64,000 nucleotides of DNA from an uncultured Planctomycetota bacterium (GCA_963845755.1 CAWJTV010000037.1:1-64000); one strand, 5' to 3'. Shown: positions 1 through 10,548, counted from the stretch's first letter. Numbers and translations: made by a program. The notes: a model not told the origin generated them from the letters alone.

Positions 1-1
1 C

Positions 2-731
2 TCCTACGCCATCATCTCTGACGATGAGACGCTGGGGTTTCATGTGTTTCAAGTCCGCTTGAACGCAAAGGTGTCAAGTGAGGACTTGGATGAGATAGCT
101 TTCGAGATCAAGTCCAGAAGAATCGAGCAGGACGACATTGTATCTATGTATTATTATCTTCCTGGGGATGACGCCTAAGATGGTCAATTGGAAATCTTGG
201 TGGACTACGCATTCTCGGCCGGTCTTCCGGACCAGGATTCTCGGCCTGACCACCGAGGAGGAAAGGCGGCTCAGGAGCAAGCCACTCGTGTTGCCCGATG
301 GGAGCAAAGCGCTGGGACGCGGGTTAGCGGATGACGCAATTCAGAACAACCAAATGACGATATACCGCAACTCTGGCCTCAGTGATGCTGCTTATGAGCA
401 CCTACTACAACAGATGATTGACAGCCATCGGGTGACGATTTACCGCAATGCCTCTGGGAAGTGGCGGGTTATATTCGACACGGACCAAGAACCGACACCA
501 CTCGAACTCAAAGAAACCCAGTTCGATGATGGCGTTGCTTTCGAGGTAAGCCACGGGGTGGATCGCTACGTGGTTGACCGCCATGGCGCTCTTCGGGTCT
601 ACACCGGTGGCGAGCTAATCTCGATGCCCGAAGCGATCAAGCCACCTATGTCGGCCACGGAGGGGATCACAGAGAAGGAAGTCCAGAGCATAGATGGTGC
701 GATCATCAGCTTTGTGAGGCGGTCGCCGTGA
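2..731 (+). CDS. Uncharacterised protein, 5'-truncated by window edge, one apparent frameshift near 165; paralog of the 1424-2051 domain
   Basis: Frame 2 reads SYAIISDDE..VRLNAKVSSEDLDEIA..YYYLPG and joins ORF 138..731 (GMTPK..WWTTH..RILGLTTEEE) across a G-run. Confidence 0.6.
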
Positions 732-826
732 ACGCCATCCGCGACTTAGACCCAGCATGCGGAATGGTGAATCCCCTCTTGAGCATGAGTCTCGATCCGA
801 ATCTGTCGGGATTGGCGTGGAAACGG

Positions 827-857
827 AAAAACCCCGCTCCGGTCGAATAAAGCGGGG
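827..857 (-). terminator. Possible intrinsic terminator hairpin (minus-strand orientation)
   Basis: AAAAA-CCCCGCT-N12-AGCGGGG: 7-bp GC stem followed by a U-run on the minus strand. Confidence 0.3.
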
Positions 858-993
858 CTGGCGTAGCAATCCGCGTCTCTTCAGACCGCGAAAGCTTTTT
901 TAATTTCGCAATACTGACTTCTTGTATCCCAAGCCTCACCCGATATGATGAACGGCGGGATGCATCACCGACAACCACGGTGGAGGCGGATCG

Positions 994-1386
994 ATGGCGA
1001 TCGTGTTCTCGTGCGGGACGTGCGGACAGCGGTTCCGGGTCAACGAGGATCGCGCGGGCAAGCGGTCGAAGTGCCCTAAATGCGGGGCTGAGATTCAGGT
1101 GCCGGTTTCGTTGACGTGTGAGGAAGAAACGTCGCAGACAACCGCGGCTCCACCGCCTCTTCCAGTGGTTCCCGGAGTGTCCGCGGCATTGAGGGCGATC
1201 CAGACGACCGAGGAAGACGCCGAGGCGAAGCCGACGGAGCCGAAGAATGTCGGCGATCGACGGATTAAGAAGGCGGCAATTCCCGCGGCCGTGCTCGTCG
1301 TTGCAATCGTCCTGGTCTCAGTGATAGTGGTCAGCTTCGCGACACCGAGGCACAGGCCACAGTCGGAGGGCTCGGGGCCGGGGTGA
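994..1386 (+). CDS. Zinc-ribbon (CxxC..CPxC) single-pass membrane protein; probably continues by frameshift to 2051
   Basis: MAIVFSCGTCGQRFRV..GKRSKCPKCG, Pro-rich linker, hydrophobic helix AAIPAAVLVVAIVLVSVIVVSF; GGAGG RBS upstream. Confidence 0.75.
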   Translation: MAIVFSCGTCGQRFRVNEDRAGKRSKCPKCGAEIQVPVSLTCEEETSQTTAAPPPLPVVPGVSAALRAIQTTEEDAEAKPTEPKNVGDRRIKKAAIPAAVLVVAIVLVSVIVVSFATPRHRPQSEGSGPG

Positions 1387-1423
1387 TTGCCTGCCTTGGC
1401 CGATCCTCGCCAGCCCGAGTTGC

Positions 1424-2051
1424 GTGATTCTTCCGGCTCCCGTTATCGTTTCCTTTCGAGTGACATTAGCAAAGCCTTTGCGGCCGATATTGGAAAGGAC
1501 ATCTTCTCTGTCCGGCTGTCTCGGAAGGTCTCAAAGGCGGTCTAGGATAGATTTCTGGGAAATCCTATCAAACAAGCCGGGCCAACCCGCAGACTGGGAC
1601 AAGGAATCGGCGGACCATAATCCACTTCTATCTTCCGGAGGTTGACGCATTCGGACCGGATCGACCGTTCGGCGGGTCATGGGCGCTTCGTCGATATCAA
1701 CGGCCCGGTCCTAAAGAGTGGCGCGGAGATTGTCGTTCAGGGGTTTACCATCGATGAGGAAATCAAACTCTTGGCCAAGGAAGGGCCGCCGCCTGGAGAT
1801 GTCGTTGGCCAATGGCTCGAGGATTCGATGGGAAGGGGTTTGTGGTTCATCTGTCGGCGGGACGGGCATTCTACCTCACCCAAGGAGGTACATTCGAACA
1901 AGAGTTGGTCGCTCTCGGGCCACAGCCTTTCCGCATCTTCGAGCGAAAAGAGCCAACGTCGTCCGGGGAGTACTACCGGATCAACGATCGCGGCGACCTC
2001 GAGATCCGTTATAACGACGGGCTCTACGCAGTTGCGAGGCATGTCGGATGA
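1424..2051 (+). pseudogene. Frameshifted C-terminal domain of the Zn-ribbon membrane protein (same family as 2..731)
   Basis: Stitched frames give VRLSRKVS..IVVQGFTIDEEIKLL..VVGQWLEDS..GEYYRINDRGDLEI, collinear with VRLNAKVS..RILGLTTEEERRL..DRYVVDRHGALRV. Confidence 0.5.
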
Positions 2052-2285
2052 TCGAACTCCCCGAAGACCCCAGTTACGCCTCGGCTATCGCATCGCCTAC
2101 GGGGAAGCCGCGCCATAGCGGAGATGGCTACATTCGACCACGGCTGGGGCCGAGACTTCGCGGCCCAGATCTGCGGTGAACCCGATGCGATCGAGAAGGA
2201 AGTGTTGAGATGGGTCAATCCGACGATCCATCCCGCGATCGTCCGGGCATTCAGAGATGCCACGGAGGGCCTGAAGCCGCGGTAG
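2048..2285 (+). CDS. Small hypothetical protein (frameshifted)
   Basis: ATG overlaps upstream stop (ATGA); stitched reading MIELPEDPSY..GYRIAYGEAA..IAEMATFDHGWGRDFAAQICGEPDAIEKEVLRWVNPTIHPAIVRAFRDATEGLKPR*. Confidence 0.35.
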
Positions 2286-2628
2286 TGAAGCGATGGGGCG
2301 TAGCCGCGTCCTTCCGTGGGCGACAGACTGGACAGGTCCGGCAGAGATAGGGCGGGAGTGTCGGCCGGGCCGGCTTGCCGGGACAACAGTTTGAACCTTT
2401 GAGCCATGCCGAGCCGTTCAACCCGGTCAGCCGGGCAGACACCATCATCATGTGACCGGCCCTCAGATCATTACTAGGTGGAGCCACTTTACCGTCGGTT
2501 CGACCAGGGCGTCGAAGACATCGAACACGCGTATACGATCGAGGCAGACTCAGAGATATTCCGGGGGCAAGCATCGAGGCGGCTCAGAAATATTTTTGTA
2601 TGAAAAATTTGCGGTGAGGTTTAGGAAG

Positions 2629-3713
2629 ATGTGGTCGTATGTCGGGGCTGTGTTGGCCTCAATCTTAATCCTGTTCGGGTTCGTAGCTATCCTCTTGATC
2701 TGGTTCGCTTGGCCAGCCATATCGAGCCTCTATTCCTCGCATAGGACTAGACTCGCCATCACCGTCGTAGAACTTCTTTCGGCTCTACTGGCTTTCGGAG
2801 CGAAGATGGTCGCAGAAGGTGACGGACATCTTGTGGCGAACATCGCGGCCTGCGAGGGCCTCTTCAGCTTGTTCTTGTGGAAACTCGTGGCGTGGTGTGG
2901 AGACCGCAAACTGGAAGAGGCTATTAGAATCGACGTCAAGGACAGAAACAAACTTCTTCGCAGATTATTTTAGGATTAAGTTATTAGTAGCACTATCCCA
3001 CCTTGTTCATCACAAGAAGCAACGCGTTTGGATGGAGATCGAGAGACGAAAGCAGGACAGGAGGATAGATCGAATTGGCTCTGCTAGAGCCGGCCTGAAT
3101 CCCACGAGCAGCTGCTGACGATCATTCAGCAGCTCGGGGCTTTCTTGCGTGAGCAGTTGCCACAAAACGAACAGAGCGTTGAACAAAACTTTCGGATAGG
3201 ATTTTATGTCGAAAAGAATGGTGTCATGACTCCCGTGGCCTCGTGGGACACAAACAAGAAACGGTTGCATTTCTTACATCCTATAAACAAACACCAAATC
3301 ATTTCCGAGTTGATTGCTTCGATCAACCATCTCACGTGGTTTGCTGTGTCAGGGAAAGGAGAATGCTGATCGTGGAGGATTGCGAGAAGAACTCGTATCT
3401 TTCTTTCATCCCGACCAGAAGAACTACTTGAAATCCCTCGCGGCGTTTCCGATCATTGACTATGGAAATGGTTCTGATCCGCGCGTCCGCCGCGATAGTA
3501 ATCGATACTGACGTAACCGGGTACTTCCGGCGCGACGACGAGCCTTCGATCAAAGTTTACCTGGAACATTTTGCGGTTCGCCTCGACCTCGAAACGTCAA
3601 TCCGAAATCTCCTGCAACCACCAGAAAACCTCGGCAGGAGCCGACCAATGAACAGAGACGAGTCCCGAAAAAAAAGGGAACGGAGGAGCGAGCCAAGGCA
3701 TTCGACCTCCTGA
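2629..3713 (+). CDS. Low-GC membrane protein with N-terminal TM helices and C-terminal GAF-like domain (several frameshifts)
   Basis: 2-3 hydrophobic helices in 2629-2900; downstream fragments stitch to NFRIGFYV..RMLIVEDCEK..FFHPDQKNYLKSLAAFPI..AIVIDTDVTGYF..YLEHFAVRLDLE, a GAF-like pattern. Confidence 0.5.
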
Positions 3714-3823
3714 CCAAGTCGTACAAGAAGGCGGTCGAGAGGCATGTGAAGAGCTTTGAAGAAGACCTCAAGAAGAAGTCGTCGTCAAACCTTGAAGGCC
3801 CTCGTAATCACTCCGGTAAGTAG
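3648..3823 (+). CDS. Small basic hypothetical protein (frameshift in A8 run)
   Basis: AGGAG RBS then MNRDESRKK/GTEERAKAFDLLTKSYKKAVERHVKSFEEDLKKK..GK*. Confidence 0.35.
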
Positions 3824-4023
3824 ATCCTCACCAGACGTTGCATGTTTCTTTCTGGCATCGTCGCACGCCTGGGTCGATGTGTCGAACATTAGTGCGCCTA
3901 GTCTTCGCGAGAGGGCGTGCACACAACCACGCAAACGAACTTGCCCGGTACATCAGCGTGCCGGGCCTAAACCCGCGCACGGGAGTTGTGGCCTGTGCAG
4001 GAGCTTTCATTGGGACATCAGCC

Positions 4024-4188
4024 ATGGGCAAGAAGAAGGACCCGTCAACGACTCCGAGCGTTGCAAGCAAGGCTGGCAAGGACCTTGGAGATCCGAAGAC
4101 TCCCGAGAAGGACAGAGCGCCGATCGCTTCAGCCTTGCGCCAGAGGGTGAAGCCGGAAGATGACAAGAAGGGCAAAGGCAAGAAGTAG
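4024..4188 (+). CDS. Small Lys-rich hypothetical protein (54 aa)
   Basis: MGKKKDPSTTPSVASKAGKDLGDPKTPEKDRAPIASALRQR..; clean codon pattern; stop abuts the convergent gene. Confidence 0.6.
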   Translation: MGKKKDPSTTPSVASKAGKDLGDPKTPEKDRAPIASALRQRVKPEDDKKGKGKK

Positions 4189-4491
4189 TCAGCGGATCCG
4201 ACGCAATCGCGTGATAGCCACGAAGGGATCGTCATCTCTCCGTTGCATGCAACTTCCCGCGGTCCTCGTCCCCGATGTGTGACGCGATGACCTTCGCGTC
4301 TTTCCATCATGGATGAGCCACCCAACCGACCGGCATCTCGTAGGTGTCGTGGTGGGCTCGTCCATGTGCCATTTTGGTTCGTAGCAAGAATCAGCCCACT
4401 CGATCAAGACGAGCGGGTAAGTCCGGCCGCTAGAGTCGCGGGAATGTAGGTGAGACCGACTCACACCTTGACGTGTGCTCTTGCGTTTCAC
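4189..4491 (-). CDS. Small phage-type hypothetical protein (frameshift near 4300)
   Basis: YPLVLIEWADS..W..CRSVGWLIHDG..IP pattern I associate with small phage proteins; directly follows terL stop. Confidence 0.55.
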   Translation of the reverse strand: MKRKSTRQGVSRSHLHSRDSSGRTYPLVLIEWADSCYEPKWHMDEPTTTPTRCRSVGWLIHDGKTRRSSRHTSGTRTAGSCMQRRDDDPFVAITRLRRIR

Positions 4492-5906
4492 TTATAGTAG
4501 CCTCCGGATTGGAACCTGTCGCAGGGCCGGTTGCTCGGCGGCGCCCCTCTGGGAATCGACTGCGGATGCCGTATCGCAGCGCGTCCATGCTGTCCTCGTG
4601 AGGCGATTGATCAGCGGCGGGCTGGTTGAGCCACTCCCCTCCCCGTTGGGCTCTGCGGTAATTCTGGAAGGCGGCTTTGAGATCCTGGCAACGGGGGTGG
4701 ATCAGGAGGTTACCCTGATCGAGCAAAACCTCGATCTGGTCAAGACCGTCCACGACAAGATGGTGGGGACTCCTGGCCAGGAACCGCGATCCGAACACCC
4801 GCTCAAACTCGGCATAGGCTGCTATGCCAATCCCTGTGTTGGCGGTCGCGGCGGGATCGATCCGGACCACGTCCACGCGCCCCTTGCACGGCAGCTCCTC
4901 ACCGCGCCGCTTGATCGCCTTGGCGTTCGCCTCCGAGAACAAACCCTTTGCCACGTAATTGCCGAACACCGTACAGCCCACTGATGGGGGGCGATCTGGC
5001 GGCATTGCCACCAAACAGCCGCGGTAGTCTGACTCGTGCCGGCATCGATAGCCAGCATCACAGACAAAGCGGGGTCATACTCGGCTCGCTCCGTCACATG
5101 CTTCGCGACGTCGAAGCGTGCAAACCAAGCCCCCTCAGATACCTCCAGGATTTCGGCGTAAATCTCTTGCTGGCCAAGCCGGGTCCCCTCGAATCCGGCA
5201 ATCACTTGCTCGAAGAACGTGGCGCCAGGTTGGCGCGGTTCTCATGCGTCGAGCCGCGGACCATCGTCGTCGTCGGGTCCGCGATCAGGGCCTTGATCAG
5301 CGCCGTCGGCTTGGGAGTCGTGGTCACGCAGATTCGCGGTCGATCACCAAGGCGGAGCCCAAAAAGGAGCATATCCCAAGCGGCGGGATAGCGGAACGCA
5401 CAAAGCTCATCGACCCAGGCATGCGAGTGCTGGGGGCCTCTCAAACGCTCTGGTTCGTCGGCGGAATAGGTTGTCGCGATCGATCCGTTGGGCCACGTCA
5501 ACCGCCGCTTGCTCGGTTCGTACCGCGGTCGGAACCACGGCGGGCTGATCGCCGTCAGACCCGACTCGCCTTCGATCATCACATCCCGGACATCGGCCGC
5601 TGTCGGCGCCACGAGTGCAATCCGCCGGCCCGGTCCCGATTCTGCGATCGATCGCACCCATTCGGCGCCGGTCCGGGTCTTCCCCCAACCCCTTCCGGCC
5701 AGAGCCAGGAATGTCCGCCAGTGGCCTGCCGGCGGTCGTTGCGAGGGCCGGGCGCGCGGATGCTCCCGGCATTCACCCGCGGGGAGACCGCACGGGCACG
5801 AGTCGGCGAACCAGTCGAACCGCGCGGCGTCACCCTCATTCGGCTCGGGGTCCGCCGATCCGAGGAGTGCCTCAGCTCTTGCCAGGCGTGTTGCCAGCGC
5901 GATCAC
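4492..5906 (-). CDS. terL: Phage terminase large subunit (Terminase_6-like), split by about 3 frameshifts
   Basis: Walker A AGRGWGKTRTGAEW, LRGPQH..AWVDE (Walker B), VTTTPKP, GTRLGQQEIYAEIL, nuclease AIDAG and HEDSMDALRY across ORFs 5202..5984, 4822..5205, 4430..5014. Confidence 0.93.
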
Positions 5907-6221
5907 GAAGTCGGTCCTCCACAACGGCCATGCGGTCCGCCAGGTCATCAGCCTCTCTCGCCTTGACGGCGGTCGCGACGACATCCAGGTTGATCCGGCT
6001 GGCTTGCAGGATAACCGTCGATGCCGCTGTGACCTCCCTGGGAGATGAGTCCGTATCCTCGATCACTTCTCTCAGCCGCTCGATCACGACCGGTCGCATA
6101 TCCTTCGGGATCGGCCATGTTTCGCGAAGGGCACGGGCGAACAACCGGACATCGTGTATCCGGCGGCGGCGGTCCGCAGGCTCTCCCCCCGACCCCCCAG
6201 GGGGGCTTGATGATCGGCCAT
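5872..6221 (-). CDS. Small helical protein upstream of terL, candidate terminase small subunit
   Basis: RALRETWPIPKDMRPVVIERL..SPREVTAAS..DLADRMAVVEDRL; overlaps terL start; frameshift in GC-rich 5' part; TerS call is positional only. Confidence 0.55.
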
Positions 6222-6223
6222 GG

Positions 6224-6838
6224 TCAACACCCCGAAAAAGAGAACCCGAACGCAGCCACTCTCGACGCTCGGATCGCTTGGAGCGATCGCCTCATCGTTG
6301 CCCCGGTCGTGACCAGATCGTCCACGATGAGCACCAGCAGCGGCGGCGGTTCCCGCAGCATCGCGACGAAGGGGGCCTGTCGCAAGGCGAAGTGCGTTCC
6401 GTGCCAGCGTTTCTCATCGGTCCTGACGAGCACCTCGGCGAACGGCACGCCGAGGGCGTCCGCCACGGCGGAGCCGAGGGCCTCGGCGGCATGCGGTCCC
6501 GAAGCCGAGGCGCCTTGAGGCGGAATGGTCAGGACCATGCCGGGAGGCAGAACCGCGGACCACTCCCGAATCAAGTCGGCGACAGACTCGGCGAACCCGA
6601 CCAGCGTCGCCGGGTCGAACGGGACGCTCCGCTTCCACGCCTTGATGTCTCGGCGGTCCGACTCCCGTCGCGTCGCACTCCAGACCCCCAGGCCGGCGCG
6701 GCGCTGGTGGCTCGGGAGCGATCGGCCGGGCGGTTCCGGTTCGCGGCGGAATCGGGGCGGGATCGCAATGGACGCCAATGGTCGGACTCCCTCGGTCGGC
6801 CGGATCGCAGCCGATACTCTCGAATACTTCCATTCCAT
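6224..6838 (-). CDS. ComF-like type I phosphoribosyltransferase-domain protein
   Basis: PRPP-binding motif VLIVDDLVTTGATM, plus LTIPPQG..AEALGSAVADALGVPF. Confidence 0.85.
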   Translation of the reverse strand: MEWKYSRVSAAIRPTEGVRPLASIAIPPRFRREPEPPGRSLPSHQRRAGLGVWSATRRESDRRDIKAWKRSVPFDPATLVGFAESVADLIREWSAVLPPGMVLTIPPQGASASGPHAAEALGSAVADALGVPFAEVLVRTDEKRWHGTHFALRQAPFVAMLREPPPLLVLIVDDLVTTGATMRRSLQAIRASRVAAFGFSFSGC

Positions 6839-6854
6839 CCTACGCGGATTATCA

Positions 6855-6965
6855 GAACTGTCAAGACTGACATTTCAGTTTAGACTGAAATAACTGAAGA
6901 CGCTGGTCAGATCGCCAAGGTCTTGACTGAGCAAAAGGGCGTCGAATTCGCCTTCGGTCAAGATC
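6855..6965. promoter_or_regulatory. Cluster of inverted repeats upstream of the PRTase-terS-terL operon
   Basis: TGTCA-N4-TGACA (6859-6872), ATTTCAGT-N4-ACTGAAAT (6872-6891), TCTTGACTGA..TCGGTCAAGA hairpin (6921-6963). Confidence 0.4.
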
Positions 6966-7282
6966 AGCGGCGGCCCGGGCCGGCGGCGCGACACTGGGAG
7001 GAATCGCACCGTCCGATCCACGTTGGGCCAGCGGTCCGCAACGCGCGTGGCCACCCGTCCACTTACTAGGCCACAGGGCGGCGGGACCTGCCGGGTCCAA
7101 GAGGCGTACGGCGTATCAGGAAATCCCAGAGCTTGCCCAGTGAGTGCACTCAGTCACCTTGCGGCCTTGACTAGCAACCGAATGGATGCACGCACAGCAT
7201 GGGTGAACCTCTGGGCACACACGGCTCTCAGCCTTATAATAGACGTTCAACTCCCGGCCCCATCCGTCATAATGAGGATGTT

Positions 7283-8417
7283 ATGGCACATTCCTTCGCA
7301 GAAGAGCGGGAACGCATCTTTAACGTGCTCGCGTCGAACCTGAACGCTTTTTTCCCTGAGGCACAGAACACGGTCGTCTGTCCCTTGTGTCGTTCCGCAC
7401 ATGGCAGAGACTCACTCCTTGGCGACGGCCTTGAGTTGACTCGGGAACACTGCATACCAGCGTCTGCGGGCGGAAAGCTCGTCACGCTGACTTGCAGGGC
7501 CTGCAACAACTCCCATGGGATCTCGTCCGACTCACACTTGAAGAACTTGCTGCTCGCGGAGGATGCAGTCGAGGGCATCGGAGGTACGGTGGATGGCACG
7601 ATATCGATCGAGGGTCACCCTTTCCGCTGTGAGGTCGGCTTCGGAAGGGAGGGTGAGAAGTCGTTACACTTCACTCCCATTGTGAAGGCGTCCAATTCGA
7701 AAGAGCGTGATACCGCGTTCGCCATTGTCGAAGCGAGCAGCAACACTGGAGACGACTTCAGTGCCAACCTAGAGCTGCGGTTCCGTTACTGTCCGTTCCG
7801 CTCGAACCTTGTTCTCGTGAAGGCGGCATACCTTTTGATGTTCAAGCAGTTCGGGTACTCCTATATGTCTTCGAAGGCCCAGAATTCGTCGCCGACTGAT
7901 CCTGGAACCCGATGCGAATATCGTCGCCGCTGCTTGCGGACTCAAGCCGCCAGCCGTCCAGGTCCCCCGGGTGAACCGGGCTCTCATCGTCACGTCGCCG
8001 GAGCATCTGCGATGCTTCGTCCTCCCGATCCAGGTCCGCACGACGCATCGAACACAGATCAAGTTTGTGATCCTACCCGGGTTCGATGACGACCCGAAGG
8101 GCATCTACGACCGCTGGCAGGAGATCGGCAAGCAAGGGAACGTCGGGCAGGGGAAGTTCATTGCGTTAGATGCCGGACCTGAGAGTCTCACGGACCCGCA
8201 TCGGTTCGGAGCTTTGGCTCTTTGGGATCACGCATTCGGGCGCGTCCAAGGCGGATTCGATTCACGAGAGAGAACAAGGAAGAAGGCCCGGGTTAATCTG
8301 GGAGGGCGGAAAGGGGGCAAAGGAGAAAGGGACTGCGGAAAGGGGTCAGCACCCAAATCGACAAGTCTCGTGATCGAACATCGCGATGCAGCGGACGTGG
8401 CCGTGCGCTCATCTTGA
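7283..8417 (+). CDS. HNH endonuclease-domain protein (frameshift near 7870)
   Basis: CPLC..LTREHCIPASAGGKLVTLTCRACNNSHG; C-terminal part continues in ORF 7971..8417; exact 3' end uncertain. Confidence 0.85.
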
Positions 8418-8632
8418 GCGTTAGACTGCGGAGTGATCGATCGGCGCTGGCCGACATCTGGAAATCCGCGGGGCTTAGGTGTGTGTCGCCCTGCTCCCGC
8501 CGTTGGTGAGCGTCACTGGGCTGAACCACCAGTCCCTCTGACTGGTCGCATTGAGCGTCATCGTTGGGATGAGGGTCGGCTTGCTGGCACTGGCCTGGCT
8601 CGACCCAAGTCTGTACCTTCAAAGTTGGACGC

Positions 8633-10228
8633 ATGGCCGAATCACAGAGTGTCCAGAAACAGAAGGGGACGACGGCGGCGGAGCTACCTCGCTCGGCTGT
8701 GCTCGAGGTCATTCCTTTCCCTCTGGAGTTACCCCGGAGTCTACCGGGATCAGGGGAAGCGAGGCTCAGGCGATGGGAAGGAGGTCTGTGACCTCCTCGT
8801 TGTATTCGGGGATGATGTAATCATCTTCTCAGACAAGGACTGCCAATTTCCTGAATCCGGCAAGCTAGACCTTGAATGGGCGCGATGGTTTCGAAGAGCG
8901 GTCCTGAAGTCGGCCAACCAGCTCTGGGGTGCCGAGCGCTGGGTGCGGGAGAATCCCCGCCGCGTTTTTGTTGACCGCCGTTGTTCGCAGCCGTTGCCTG
9001 TTCCGCTGCCCGATCCGAATCGGTTGCGAGTGCACCGGATCGTGGTTTCGCACGATGCGGCCCGTCGCTGTCAAGAACTACTGGGTGGGAGCGGGAGCCT
9101 GGTCATTTTCCCGGCTCTCTCTGGAGACGCGCATGTTACCGGCCCAGTCGCCCTACCGGGCTGCGAAGGTGACATCTACGAACTGTGGGGAAATGCGTTA
9201 CGGGATCGTGCTGGGTATTCGAAGACCGTACTGCCCTTCGCCGTCGGTGACCTCGACCCGAGCAAGGGGTTTGTCCACGTCTTCGACGACACGGGACTCG
9301 ATGTGGTTCTGCGCGAACTGGATACGACCCCCGATTTTGTGGCCTATTTGCGGGATCGGGAACAGTACATCCGAAGTGGCCGGCTTCTTATGGCATCAGG
9401 TGAGGATGATCTTCTCGCCCACTACCTTACCGAGGTCAATGGTTATGGCTGGCGTTCGTTCTACATCCCCGATGATCCCGAGACGAAAGTCATTATCCCC
9501 GAGGGCTGTTGAATGACACACAGAAAGATCCGGCGTGGGTCGCTCGGAAGCGGGTGGACGAGGTCAGCTATTTATGGGACAGAATCATCGAGCGATTCAA
9601 TGCCGACATCTTGGACGGGACCTCCGCCGCCTACCCCTTCGCTGACTTCTCCACCCAAGAACTAGCAGTGAGGGCGATGGCTCGGGAGCCGCGTTTCCAT
9701 CGGCGCATCTTGGCGGCTGCGCTGAGTGAATTCCTCCAGGGCAAGCGAGCTGACAGGATCGCCGCCCGGGTTGTTAACCCAATTAGGCCGGGAAGCCCGT
9801 ACTACGTCTTCCTAGGAGTGCAGCCTGATGCCGAGGAAGAACGTGACCAGTATCGCAGGAGACGCTTGGCCATCTGTCTTGCGTATCTCATTGAGGCCGA
9901 GCGGAAGCTCGCCAACGCAAGAGAGGTCATCGTGTTGGCGACCGAGATGCCAGGTTGGACAAGGTGGGTGACGCGAGATGTGATGTACCGTGCTGATAAA
10001 CCGCTGACCGTGGATGAGATCGAAGTGGTTCGGGAGTTCGTTGAAGACCAAGGCGTGCTATCGAAGTTGGTTAAGCGATATGAGGCGAAACCACATGAGT
10101 ACCCCGTCTTCCGGCAACCGCTCCATGCTCGACGCCAGCACCAGCTGGAAAAGCCCCTGAGCGCGAGGAACTCGCCTTGCCCTTGTGGGAGCGGACTAAA
10201 GTTCAAACGGTGTTGCCTCCGTCGGTAA
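8633..10228 (+). CDS. NERD-like/PD-(D/E)xK nuclease-fold protein with C-terminal SEC-C Zn motif (frameshifts near 8690 and 9509)
   Basis: GTTAAE..YLARLCSRSFLSLWSYP..GKEVCDLLVVFGDDVIIFSDK..KSANQL; C-terminus RNSPCPCGSGLKFKRCC. Confidence 0.8.
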
Positions 10229-10400
10229 GGTCATCCTGTGCGGGCGCGGGCCTCGGTCGATCGATGAGGCGTCCACGGCGCCGATCGCCACGCAGCGGTC
10301 ATTGTGGGCGGCGTGGTGGGGCGTCGGAAGTTTGGTGTGTGCATACGATCGTAGCCGACACCGTTTCGACGGTGCGTTAGCGATAAGCAGTAGGGCAGAC

Positions 10401-10548
10401 TCACTTCTCCGAGGAAGCCTTGATCATCGCCAGGATGCCGGCTCTGATCACCTCGGGCAAGCCGGGCCATGCAGCCACGATCCGGCAAGGTCCGGGTCGG
10501 TCTGACAAGTGTCGGTGGGCAAATAGTGGGCAACGGGCGGGCTGGCAA
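10401..10548 (-). other. Element-end mini-ORF (DPDLA..VAAWPGLPEVIRAGILAMIKA) adjacent to the att site
   Basis: With one frameshift reads TDPDLA-IVAAWPGLPEVIRAGILAMIKASSEK*; from memory this motif recurs at ends of planctomycete integrative elements (unverified here). Confidence 0.5.

Noticed and set aside
2300..2410. Possible integrase remnant on the minus strand (RFKLLSRQAG..TP)
   Set aside because: No HxLR or catalytic Tyr motif recoverable
4492..5906. Gene transfer agent cluster, because TerL motifs resemble GTA-type terminases
   Set aside because: No portal, capsid or tail genes follow, and the gene sits inside a tRNA-anchored element
10344..10376. TACGATCGTA palindrome and CACCGT-TTCG-ACGGTG hairpin as an ncRNA
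   Set aside because: Too short to call; may just be a terminator-like element between convergent ORFs
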